Below, in pieces: positions 1 to 8,445 of a DNA stretch of 64,000 nucleotides. Numbering within the stretch: the stretch's first letter is position 1; each line of letters starts with the position of its first letter. The DNA is from Candidatus Multivoradales bacterium (GTDB taxonomy: Bacteria; Acidobacteriota; Thermoanaerobaculia; Multivoradales; Multivoraceae), in contig CBDCWI010000002.1 in NCBI GenBank assembly GCA_965223325.1, positions 2,784,001 through 2,848,000 of the forward strand, in the 5' to 3' direction. The notes below the pieces were generated by a model. It made no database searches, was not told the DNA's origin, and saw only the letters and a program-made list of their open reading frames with translations. The position numbers were made by a program, and so were the translations under genes.

Positions 1-53
1 CCGGACCTTCGGCTTGTCTTTCTGGCCGGATCGCAAGGGGTTCGAAACAGCAT
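1..53 (-). CDS. 5' end of a CDS running off the window (MLFRTPCDPARKTSRRS...)
   Basis: Minus-strand GAGGAG Shine-Dalgarno followed by ATG at 53; frame open to the window edge. Confidence 0.5.
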   Translation of the reverse strand, partial: MLFRTPCDPARKTSRRS

Positions 54-227
54 CGCTGGATTCTCCTCGGTAGTTTCGAGAGTAGACACCCTCTCGCTGC
101 AGCCGTTACGCCATTCCCCTCCGGTGGGTGGACGGAGTATTGAGCGGAAGGCTCTAGAATCCGAAAAGATCGCTATGCTGCACGGCCCGTGGCTCGAACG
201 CGGACCGGAAGTCCAAGGAGAACGCTC

Positions 228-878
228 ATGCCCCTGTTCAGAACACCCAGCATGCCGACCCCCGAACAGGCTCTTCCTGGCCGGTCGGAGATGATGCCGG
301 TGCCGGAGAAGCACTTCGTGCTCGGCAGGCCGCTCGTCGGCCCGTATCCAGACGACACCGAGGTCATTCAGCTCGGCATGGGCTGCTTCTGGGGCGCCGA
401 ACGCCTGTTCTGGACCCAGCCGGGTGTCTTTACCACCGCCGTCGGCTACGCCGGTGGGCACACCCCCAACCCCACCTACAAGGAGGTCTGCAGCGGCGGC
501 ACCGGTCATACCGAAGTCGTGCTGGTGGTCTGGAAGCCGCGGGAGATCTCGCTGGCGCAGATCCTGGCGGGGTTCTGGGAAGGTCACGACCCAACCCAGG
601 GGATGCGACAAGGAAACGACCGTGGCACGCAGTACCGCTCAGCGATCTACACCTCGAGCGCTGCCCAGCTCGAGCTCGCCCACACCACCCGCGACAGTTA
701 TCAGGAGAAGCTCAGAGAGTCCGGCTACGGCGAAATCACCACCGAGATTCGCGCCGCCCCAGACTTCTACTTCGCCGAGGAGTACCACCAGCAGTATCTC
801 GCCAAGAACCCCAACGGCTACTGCGGTATCGGCGGTACCGGAGTGTCCTGCCCCATCTCCCTGGGCGTGCCCGGGTAG
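228..878 (+). CDS. msrA: peptide-methionine (S)-S-oxide reductase MsrA
   Basis: GCFWG active site, GYAGG, QGNDxGTQYRS, [10 protein letters not shown]-terminal GYCGxGGTGVSC; ATG at 228 after AAGGAG. Confidence 0.97.
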   Translation: MPLFRTPSMPTPEQALPGRSEMMPVPEKHFVLGRPLVGPYPDDTEVIQLGMGCFWGAERLFWTQPGVFTTAVGYAGGHTPNPTYKEVCSGGTGHTEVVLVVWKPREISLAQILAGFWEGHDPTQGMRQGNDRGTQYRSAIYTSSAAQLELAHTTRDSYQEKLRESGYGEITTEIRAAPDFYFAEEYHQQYLAKNPNGYCGIGGTGVSCPISLGVPG

Positions 879-888
879 GCTAGAGGGT

Positions 889-1878
889 TCACGGCGAAAA
901 CAGGGCGCGCTGGCGGCGGGCCAGCTCGCGGTCACCGCGGGCGTCGATCGCATCGCCTACCCGCGCGCACAGGTCTTCGTTGTGGCGATGAATCGCCAGC
1001 GCTTCGAGTGCCAGCGAAGCCCGGCGTGAACTACCGCTCTCGATCTGGCCGAGAAGAAACGCCAACGCCTCTTCCCTCCGCATCGCCGAGAGTCCCGCGA
1101 GCACCGGTGCCTCGAGCTCGGAGCGCTCCTCGAGCGCCTGGGTCAGCACATCGAACGCCGCCTCAAGGCGCGACGCGCCCAGTGCATGCGCAACCTGGCC
1201 GGCGACCTCCGCGTCGCCCGATGCCACCAGCTCTTCGGCGATCGCCAGGCCACGGTCCGGCGCAATCTGTAGGAGGCCCGCAGCCGTCTGGTAGATGACC
1301 TCACTCTCGTCGTCGCCACACAGGGTCTTGTGCACCAACAGCGCCTCGGCACCGTAGGCTCCACTGGCAGCAATTGCTCTCGCCGCTTGAACGCGCGCAC
1401 CGGGTTCGGGGTCTGCCAGGAGGCGGGCAAGCTCGAACAAGATTCCTCCGTAGCCAATCGCCACCAGGCCATTGGCACAGGCCGCGCGCAGCTCGATCGC
1501 GGTATCGACCTTGCCACCGAAGACCGGCTCCATCTGCACGTGGCGGATACCCGTCAAGAGAACGTCCTGGTCGGCCGGCGTGCCGGCTTCGTCGAGCGCC
1601 ATCATCGCCTCGATGATCGCCAGTTTGGTGACGCAATTCGGGTCGCGCTTGAGAGGCTCTTCGAGTCTCCTCGTGAACTCTTCGGCCAGGCGCGGGGCAA
1701 GCTCGGCCAGACCGGCCTCGGCAATGGCCACCGCCGCCCGCGACCCTACGTAGCCACTCCGCGAGCCAAGTAGTTTGTCGAGTTCGGCAATCGCGCCGCT
1801 GCGATCGTCTGCATCTGCAGCGAGAAGCGCGCGCAACTCTTTGACCCGCTCGAGCTGGCGCTCGGTGACTTTCGACAT
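889..1878 (-). CDS. HEAT-repeat (alpha-solenoid) protein
   Basis: Ala/Leu-rich helical repeats (LLADPEPGARVQAARAI, GDDESEV, AHALG); start chosen at MSKVTE. Confidence 0.7.
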   Translation of the reverse strand: MSKVTERQLERVKELRALLAADADDRSGAIAELDKLLGSRSGYVGSRAAVAIAEAGLAELAPRLAEEFTRRLEEPLKRDPNCVTKLAIIEAMMALDEAGTPADQDVLLTGIRHVQMEPVFGGKVDTAIELRAACANGLVAIGYGGILFELARLLADPEPGARVQAARAIAASGAYGAEALLVHKTLCGDDESEVIYQTAAGLLQIAPDRGLAIAEELVASGDAEVAGQVAHALGASRLEAAFDVLTQALEERSELEAPVLAGLSAMRREEALAFLLGQIESGSSRRASLALEALAIHRHNEDLCARVGDAIDARGDRELARRQRALFSP

Positions 1879-1946
1879 GACCGCCCGAGCGTACCGCTTG
1901 CAGCCCAAGGGCCCCACGCCCTTCGCTCTCGGGTTATCGTCTTCGG

Positions 1947-2912
1947 GTGCCGCTCTCAGTCCCCAAACAGCAGCCCCTGGTCGTGCGTCTGCCGAACGCT
2001 GTCGGCGACGTCGTGATGACCGAACCAACCCTCGACTGGCTCACGCAACAGGGTTTCGAAGTCCATGCAATCGGCCCGGGTTGGGCACCACAACTGCTCT
2101 CCCATCTAGACGCCAGGCTCTACCCACTTCCCTCGAGTAGCCAGGAGTGGGCCGACCTCCGCGAGGGCACCGCCGCTTCAGATGCCCTGCTCTTTCGCTC
2201 TTCGTTCCGAAGCTCACAAGAGCTCCGCAGTGCAGGGTTCCGCTGCATTGGTTTCCGGACCGACATGCGCTCGCTCTTGCTCTGGAAGTCGATGCGCCGG
2301 CCCCGCGGTCGCCACAAGATCGAGGAGTACCACGCCCTTGCCACCTACGCCGAAGCCGCCATTCGGGGAAGCGCGCGCAAACAGGACCGCGTCCGCCCGC
2401 CCGTCATTCCAGTTTCGGCAGCCGCCCACCAGAGAGCGCGGGAAAAGACAAACGCTCGTAACCTCGAACCGAACGAGCCCTACGTGGTCTGCTGCCCAAC
2501 CGTCTCAGGCCGCCATCCCGCCGGCTTCAAACTATGGCCGCACTTTCCTACCTTCTACCAACTCCTCGAGAACGAAAACATCACCGCCGTCACCTGCCCC
2601 GGCCCCGAGGAAGAAGAACGACTCGCCGCCTGCCAACCGCGCGGACACGTCGTCCCTGGAGCGACGCTCGACGAACTGGCCGCAATCCTCCAGGGCGCCC
2701 GGGCCGTGGTCTCCAATGACACCGGAACCATGCACCTGGCCACTGCCACCGGCACGCCGACTCTGGGACTGTTCGGCGACACCTCCCCGCAGCGCTACTA
2801 CCCCTATGGCGAGAACGGTCACGTCCTGGGAGAGAAAGGCGCCTGGCCAGAAGTGGAAGAGGTGTTGGGATGGGTGAGAGCGAAGCTCGAAGCGAATAGA
2901 ATGAGGCGGTGA
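1947..2912 (+). CDS. glycosyltransferase family 9 (heptosyltransferase-like)
   Basis: VRLPNAVGDVVM N-terminus and SNDTGTMHLA...LFG motif of GT9. Confidence 0.9.
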   Translation: MPLSVPKQQPLVVRLPNAVGDVVMTEPTLDWLTQQGFEVHAIGPGWAPQLLSHLDARLYPLPSSSQEWADLREGTAASDALLFRSSFRSSQELRSAGFRCIGFRTDMRSLLLWKSMRRPRGRHKIEEYHALATYAEAAIRGSARKQDRVRPPVIPVSAAAHQRAREKTNARNLEPNEPYVVCCPTVSGRHPAGFKLWPHFPTFYQLLENENITAVTCPGPEEEERLAACQPRGHVVPGATLDELAAILQGARAVVSNDTGTMHLATATGTPTLGLFGDTSPQRYYPYGENGHVLGEKGAWPEVEEVLGWVRAKLEANRMRR

Positions 2913-3175
2913 ATGCCGAAGAGAAGGCCTCGTCAAACGACACGAGTGAGGCCCGCGAACAGCGACGACGAGCACGTCATGAGTGGCCAATCCGCAGATT
3001 CCGCCTCGGCGACGAGCCGTCAGAGGACCTGAGGAGCAGCACGACGCCGAGCGAACGCCTTGCAATGGTCTGGGAGCTCAGCGTTCGCGCATGGCGTCTG
3101 GCCGGCAGAGAGATTCCCGACTACGAGCGCCACAACATGCCCGGCAGGCTCGTGAGATCGAGTGACCCGCGTTGA
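2909..3175 (+). CDS. small protein coupled to nucleotidyltransferase (putative antitoxin-like partner)
   Basis: 88 aa, TPSERLAMVWELS motif, 4-nt overlaps with both neighbours. Confidence 0.7.
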   Translation: MNAEEKASSNDTSEAREQRRRARHEWPIRRFRLGDEPSEDLRSSTTPSERLAMVWELSVRAWRLAGREIPDYERHNMPGRLVRSSDPR

Positions 3176-3636
3176 ACGTACCGATACTCCACGAGGATTC
3201 TCGCGATCTTCTGAGTTGCCTGCTCGACTTCGGCGTCCGCTTTCTGATCGTCGGTGCGCACGCGATGGCCGTGCACGGGGTTCCAAGGGCGACCGGTGAT
3301 CTCGACATTCTGGTGGCTCCCGAATCGGCAAACGCCGCCCGCCTGGTCAGAGCTCTGCAACACTTCGGAGCTCCGCTCGACGCTCATGCGATCACGCAGA
3401 GTGACTTCGAAGTGCCGGGCGCCGTCTACCAGATGGGCCTTCCGCCGCGGCGCATCGACGTCATGACGTCGATCGACGGCGTCGATTTCGACGAAGCAGA
3501 ACAAACTGCGATCCGGGCCGAAATCGACGGGCTCGTCCTTCCAGTTCTGGGGCGGGCGCAGCTACTCGCCAACAAGCTCGCGGCTGGTCGCCCCAAAGAC
3601 CTCGTCGACGCCAGGCTGCTCGAAAACGGCGACTAA
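3172..3636 (+). CDS. nucleotidyltransferase-fold protein (DUF6036/AbiEii-like)
   Basis: FLIVGAHAMAVHGVPRATGDLD and NKLAAGRPKDLVD motifs; TTG start overlapping upstream TGA. Confidence 0.85.
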   Translation: MNVPILHEDSRDLLSCLLDFGVRFLIVGAHAMAVHGVPRATGDLDILVAPESANAARLVRALQHFGAPLDAHAITQSDFEVPGAVYQMGLPPRRIDVMTSIDGVDFDEAEQTAIRAEIDGLVLPVLGRAQLLANKLAAGRPKDLVDARLLENGD

Positions 3637-3643
3637 CCGACCT

Positions 3644-3810
3644 GGTCCCCCGCGCCGGCGGGACAAGCCTCGAGATACCGGCCTGAGGATGTACCGATGC
3701 GTAAAAGGCGCTGCGAACTCCCGCATCCGTGGTGGGGTACATCCTCCGGCCGGTAACCCGCTACAGTTCAAGGTCGGTGCCAGCCATCCCGAAGCGCCGC
3801 CGCAGGAACC
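3644..3810. ncRNA. candidate structured ncRNA or long nested inverted repeat
   Basis: 3676-3695 pairs with 3736-3755 (19/20); inner GATGCG/CGCATC; imperfect outer stem 3644-3664 with 3786-3810. Confidence 0.35.
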
Positions 3811-4234
3811 GTGAGACCTCGAAAAGCCCCGCAGCACAAGGGCTCTACGCCGTCGTTCGCGCCCCGGCCTTGGACGCGGAGGGCGAAGAACGAACGGTTT
3901 TCTGAATTCCATCGCCGCCGACAAAGGGCAGCTCGAACCTCCTTGCAGTTCGTCCCTCGTCCCCAGCGAACCGTCCCATCCAATCCCTTTCAAATCCCCG
4001 GGAACGTCGATTCCGCGATTCGGAGATTTGAACCAGAGAACCGTTTCGAGATCTGGGTCACGTCTGCCTGAGCCCCATAAAACCTACCTCCTGTGGGGAT
4101 CAGGACGTCGCGGCTCGGTCTGCGGCATCCAACGGAATGAACTCCATGGGACGGGCGCCGCGGTACGCTCCGGGCAACGTCTTCGCGTCTCGATCCGCGC
4201 TCAGTTGACCGAATCTCCCATCGAAGGAGTTGCC

Positions 4235-5575
4235 ATGGGTCTCACACGCCGTCGCTTTCTCGAAACCACCGGTCACGCACTGGCCGCCAGCGCACTGGCG
4301 CCGGGAGCGCTGGCGGCTCAGGCACCGAAACAGCGTGTCGCTGTCGTGGGCACGGGGGTGCGCGGGGTCGGGCTCTGGGGCCGGGAGCTGCTGGCCGAAC
4401 AGTCCGATGTCGTCGACCTCGTCGGCTTGGCGGACATCAACCCTGGCCGGCTGGCCACCGCGCACCGTTGGCTGGCCGTCCCCGACCTGCCGACCTTCAC
4501 CGACCTCGGCACCATGATCGAAGACACCAGGCCCGACCGACTGATCGTCACCACCCGTGACGACACCCATCACGAGCAGATCATCCAGGCGATGGAGAGC
4601 GGCGTCGACGTGATCACCGAGAAGCCGCTGACGACCGACCCGAGCCGCCTGAGGAGAATCGTCGAAGCGCAACAGCGCACCGGCCGCGACATCGTGGTCA
4701 CCCACAACTACCGCTACTCCCCGCATCGCCAGCAGATGAAAGAGATCTTGCAGTCTGGAGAGATCGGCCAGCTGACCTCGGTCGACTTTCACTGGTACCT
4801 CGACATCTACCACGGCGCCGCCTACTTTCGTCGCTGGCATGGCAAGGAGCGATTCTCTGGGTCGCTCTGGGTCCACAAGGCCTGCCACCACTTCGATCTG
4901 CTCAACTGGTGGATCGAATCAGACCCCGAGCTCGTGTTCGCGTTCCACAATCGTGAGTTCTACGGCAGCAACGGCCCCTACCGGAGCGACAAGTGTCGCG
5001 GTTGCCCACACGCTTCCGAGTGCGACTTCTTCTGGGACATCACAAAGAGCGAACGCCTCACCGAGCTCTACACGAAGAACGAGCACCACGACGGCTACAT
5101 TCGCGACGGCTGCGTCTTCGCCGACGACATCGACATCCCCGACAAGATGGCGGGCACGATTCGCTACGCCAACGGAGTCCAGGTCTCCTACTCGCTGACC
5201 ACCTACTCCCCCTACGAGGGCTACCGGATTGCGTTCAACGGCACCAAAGGACGGCTCGAGGCCTGGATCAAGGAGCGCCAACCCTGGGAAGAGCCCGAGA
5301 AGGACACCCTGCGCGTCACCACCAACTTCGGAGAAACGCGCACTATCGACATTCCGCACTCGAGTGGCGGCCACGGCGGTGGTGATACCCGCATGCAGAA
5401 CCGCATCTTTCGCCAGCGCAACGAGCCAGACCCTCTGCGCCAGGCCGCGGGACTGAGAGATGGCGCCATGGCGGTCTTGATTGGTTTCGCTGCACGCAAG
5501 AGCGGCAAGACCAACCAGCCGGTGCGCATCGCAGACATTGGGCCCTACACACCGCACCCGACCCGCGGGTTCTGA
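4235..5575 (+). CDS. Gfo/Idh/MocA family oxidoreductase, Tat-exported
   Basis: MGLTRRRFL Tat motif, VVGTGVRG Rossmann motif, EKP, HKACHHFD, GGHGGGD; AAGGAG SD. Confidence 0.92.
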   Translation: MGLTRRRFLETTGHALAASALAPGALAAQAPKQRVAVVGTGVRGVGLWGRELLAEQSDVVDLVGLADINPGRLATAHRWLAVPDLPTFTDLGTMIEDTRPDRLIVTTRDDTHHEQIIQAMESGVDVITEKPLTTDPSRLRRIVEAQQRTGRDIVVTHNYRYSPHRQQMKEILQSGEIGQLTSVDFHWYLDIYHGAAYFRRWHGKERFSGSLWVHKACHHFDLLNWWIESDPELVFAFHNREFYGSNGPYRSDKCRGCPHASECDFFWDITKSERLTELYTKNEHHDGYIRDGCVFADDIDIPDKMAGTIRYANGVQVSYSLTTYSPYEGYRIAFNGTKGRLEAWIKERQPWEEPEKDTLRVTTNFGETRTIDIPHSSGGHGGGDTRMQNRIFRQRNEPDPLRQAAGLRDGAMAVLIGFAARKSGKTNQPVRIADIGPYTPHPTRGF

Positions 5576-5582
5576 GTTGCAG

Positions 5583-6593
5583 GTGCAGCTTCCACACCGA
5601 CCGGTTCGCGCGCTTGTATCCGTCGCGACAGCGGTCCTCGCGATCCTCTTGTTCGGCTGCAACCAAACGCGGGTGGTCACTACCCTTCGGCTCGGTCACG
5701 GTCTCGACACGAGCCATCCCGTGCACCAGGCGATGGAGCACATGGCGGACCGCCTGAGCGAACTGTCGCAGGGGGAGATGGCACTCGAGATCTATCCCAG
5801 CGAGCAACTCGGCAGCGAGCGCGAGTGCCTCGAGCTCCTGCAGATCGGCAGCCTCGATCTGACCAAGGTCTCGGCCGCCGTCCTGGAAGGCTTCGCACCC
5901 GACTACGCGGTGCTGGGCCTGCCTTACCTCTTTGACGACGCGGCGCACGCGGCTCGGGTATTCAATAGTGACGTTGGGCGAGAGCTGCTTGCTTCGACCG
6001 AAAAGGCGCGCCTGCGCGGTCTCGTGTTCTACGACGCCGGCAGCCGCAGCTTCTACAGCCGCGAGCAGCCGCTCGAGTCACCCGCCGATCTCGCCGGGCT
6101 CAAGATCAGGGTGCAGGAATCGGCCACCGCCATTCGCATGGTGGAGTCGCTGGGTGGCTCGGCCACGCCGATCTCCTGGGGCGAGCTCTATTCGGCGTTG
6201 CAGCAGGGGGTCGTTGACGGGGCGGAGAACAATCCACCGTCGTTTCACCTCTCGGGCCACTACCAGGTGTGTCGCCACTACACCCTCGACGAGCACACCT
6301 TCGTGCCCGACGTGCTCGTCATGGCGACCGAAACCTGGCAGCGCCTGTCTCCCGAGCAGAAGGGCTACGTCGAGCAGGCTGCCCGCGAGTCAGCCGAAGT
6401 GCAACGTGAGCTCTGGCAGCAAGCCACCGAAGAAGCCCTGACAGCCGTCGCCGAGGCCGGCGTCGAGATCATTCGCCCCGACAAGGAGCTCTGGCGAGTC
6501 GAAGTCGGAGCGCTCTACGACGAGACCAAGGTCGGACCGCTCGGCCCCTGGGTCGCCCGCATTCGCGCCGAGGGCACGGCGGCATCCCCATGA
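5583..6593 (+). CDS. dctP: TRAP transporter substrate-binding protein DctP (lipoprotein)
   Basis: YPSEQLGSERE, GLKIRVQ, ELYSALQQGVVDGAENN; LFGC lipobox. Confidence 0.93.
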   Translation: MQLPHRPVRALVSVATAVLAILLFGCNQTRVVTTLRLGHGLDTSHPVHQAMEHMADRLSELSQGEMALEIYPSEQLGSERECLELLQIGSLDLTKVSAAVLEGFAPDYAVLGLPYLFDDAAHAARVFNSDVGRELLASTEKARLRGLVFYDAGSRSFYSREQPLESPADLAGLKIRVQESATAIRMVESLGGSATPISWGELYSALQQGVVDGAENNPPSFHLSGHYQVCRHYTLDEHTFVPDVLVMATETWQRLSPEQKGYVEQAARESAEVQRELWQQATEEALTAVAEAGVEIIRPDKELWRVEVGALYDETKVGPLGPWVARIRAEGTAASP

Positions 6594-7051
6594 AGCGCCT
6601 CTCAGCCCAGCGCGACCGACTGCTCGAGGCAGTGGTGGTGGTTCTGATGGCGGTCATGGTGACCGACGTCGTGTGGCAGGTCGCAACGCGCTTCCTGTTC
6701 GGCAAGCCGTCCTCGTTCACGGAAGAATTGGCGCGATTCCTATTGATCTGGATCGGGCTGCTCGGCGCCTGTATCGCCGCCCGGCGCAACCTCCACACCG
6801 GAATCGACCTGTTGGCAGGGCGACTCAGCCCCAAAGCAGCGCGGGGGGTGCGCACCGTCGCCGCTCTCGCGGTTGCCATCTTCGGTTTGTTCGTTCTGGG
6901 GCTGGGCGGCCTGCGCCTGGTCGAACTCTCGGCTCGTCTGGGACAGACCTCTGCGGCGCTTGGCATTCCCCTCGCCTGGGTGTACGCCGTCGTGCCGACC
7001 TCGGGTCTCCTCGTCGCCTGGATCGCTATCGACAACTGGCTGGAAGGCTGA
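6590..7051 (+). CDS. dctQ: TRAP transporter small permease DctQ
   Basis: QVATRF...EELARFLLIW, four TM helices, ATGA overlap with dctP. Confidence 0.92.
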   Translation: MKRLSAQRDRLLEAVVVVLMAVMVTDVVWQVATRFLFGKPSSFTEELARFLLIWIGLLGACIAARRNLHTGIDLLAGRLSPKAARGVRTVAALAVAIFGLFVLGLGGLRLVELSARLGQTSAALGIPLAWVYAVVPTSGLLVAWIAIDNWLEG

Positions 7052-7052
7052 C

Positions 7053-8360
7053 GTGGATCCGCTGGTCGTAGGCACACTCCTGGTGGTGTTCGCCGCTCTG
7101 GCAGCGGTGGGTGTTCCCATCGCCTTCGCGCTCGGCATGTCGGCAACCGCGGCACTCTTGTTTGCCGTTGCTCCGGTGCCAGCGGTGACCACCGTCGCCC
7201 AGCGCATCGCCACCGGCATCGACTCGTTCACCCTCCTGGCGATTCCGCTGTTCATTCTCTCGGGCCAGATCATGAACCGCGGTGGCTCGGCGACCCGACT
7301 GGTCGACCTTGGGCGCGCCCTTGTCGGTCGTCTTCCGGGCGGGCTGATGTGGGTCAACGTGGTCGCCTGCCTTCTGTTCGGCGCCATTTCGGGCTCAGCG
7401 GTCGCGGCCGCGGCAGCGATCGGTGGCTTCATGATTCCTGCCCTCGAGCGCGAAGGCTGGGGTCGCGATCGTGCCGCGGCAGTCAACCTGACCTCGGCAA
7501 CCACCGGCCTCTTGATTCCACCGAGCAACATCCTGATCGTCTACTCGCTGGCGTCAGGCGGCGTGTCGATTGCGGCGCTCTTTGTTGCCGGCTACGTCCC
7601 GGGCCTCCTCGTTGGCCTGGCGATCGGGGCGGTCGCCGCCTGGGGCGCCTTCAGGGAACGGCGAAAGGAGGCTCCCGCGCAGCGAACCCGTTCTGATGTC
7701 CGCCTCAGAACGGCCTTCGTGCGTGCCATCCCTAGCCTGCTCCTCATCGTCATCATCATGGGCGGCATCGTCGGCGGCGTCTTCACCGCCACCGAGGCTG
7801 CTGCGATTGCGGTGGTCTATGCCCTGGTTCTGGCTCTCGCTATCCATCGCGAGATCGGCGCCCGCGACCTCTACCAGATCACCCTCGATGCGGCCGCGAC
7901 CACCGGCGTCGTCATGCTGTTGGTGGGCGCTTCGATGGCACTCTCCTGGGTGCTTGCCTGGGAGCGCGTTCCGCAGGCGATCTCCAGCGCCCTGCTCGAC
8001 TCGGTCGACTCACCGCTCGCCATTCTGCTGGTGATGAACGTCGTGCTACTGGCGGTGGGCACGTTCATGGACATCACGCCGGCAGTTCTGGTGTTCACAC
8101 CGATCTTCCTGCCGGTGGCCACCGGGATCGGCCTCGACCCGGTGCACTTCGGCATCATCATGGTGCTCAATCTGTGCATCGGGCTGTGCACACCGCCGGT
8201 GGGTACCGTTCTCTTCGTTGGCCTGGGTGTGGGCGAAACCACGATCGAACGCATCCTCCCGAAGCTCGTTCCGCTGTGGCTGGCAATGATCGTCGCGTTA
8301 GTCTTGATCACCGCGTTCCCTGAATTGACCCTCTGGCTGCCGCGACTCTTGAACCTGTAG
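7053..8360 (+). CDS. dctM: TRAP transporter large permease DctM
   Basis: LLAIPLFIL, FGAISGSAVA, LIPPSN, TPPVG motifs; GTG start right after dctQ stop. Confidence 0.95.
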   Translation: MDPLVVGTLLVVFAALAAVGVPIAFALGMSATAALLFAVAPVPAVTTVAQRIATGIDSFTLLAIPLFILSGQIMNRGGSATRLVDLGRALVGRLPGGLMWVNVVACLLFGAISGSAVAAAAAIGGFMIPALEREGWGRDRAAAVNLTSATTGLLIPPSNILIVYSLASGGVSIAALFVAGYVPGLLVGLAIGAVAAWGAFRERRKEAPAQRTRSDVRLRTAFVRAIPSLLLIVIIMGGIVGGVFTATEAAAIAVVYALVLALAIHREIGARDLYQITLDAAATTGVVMLLVGASMALSWVLAWERVPQAISSALLDSVDSPLAILLVMNVVLLAVGTFMDITPAVLVFTPIFLPVATGIGLDPVHFGIIMVLNLCIGLCTPPVGTVLFVGLGVGETTIERILPKLVPLWLAMIVALVLITAFPELTLWLPRLLNL

Positions 8361-8445
8361 TACGGCTCTGGGTCGGCCTTGGACAACGCACCAACGAGAA
8401 ACGTCTCACAATGAGCTGCCCACGCGGGTCGCTTGGAGAACCGAC

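Noticed and set aside
3750-3775. TAGCGGGTTACC resembling the 3' end of a c-di-GMP-I riboswitch, and a 6S RNA assignment
   Set aside because: No GGCAAA/GAAA/GCAAA core upstream; no clear 6S bubble. Kept only as an unassigned structured element
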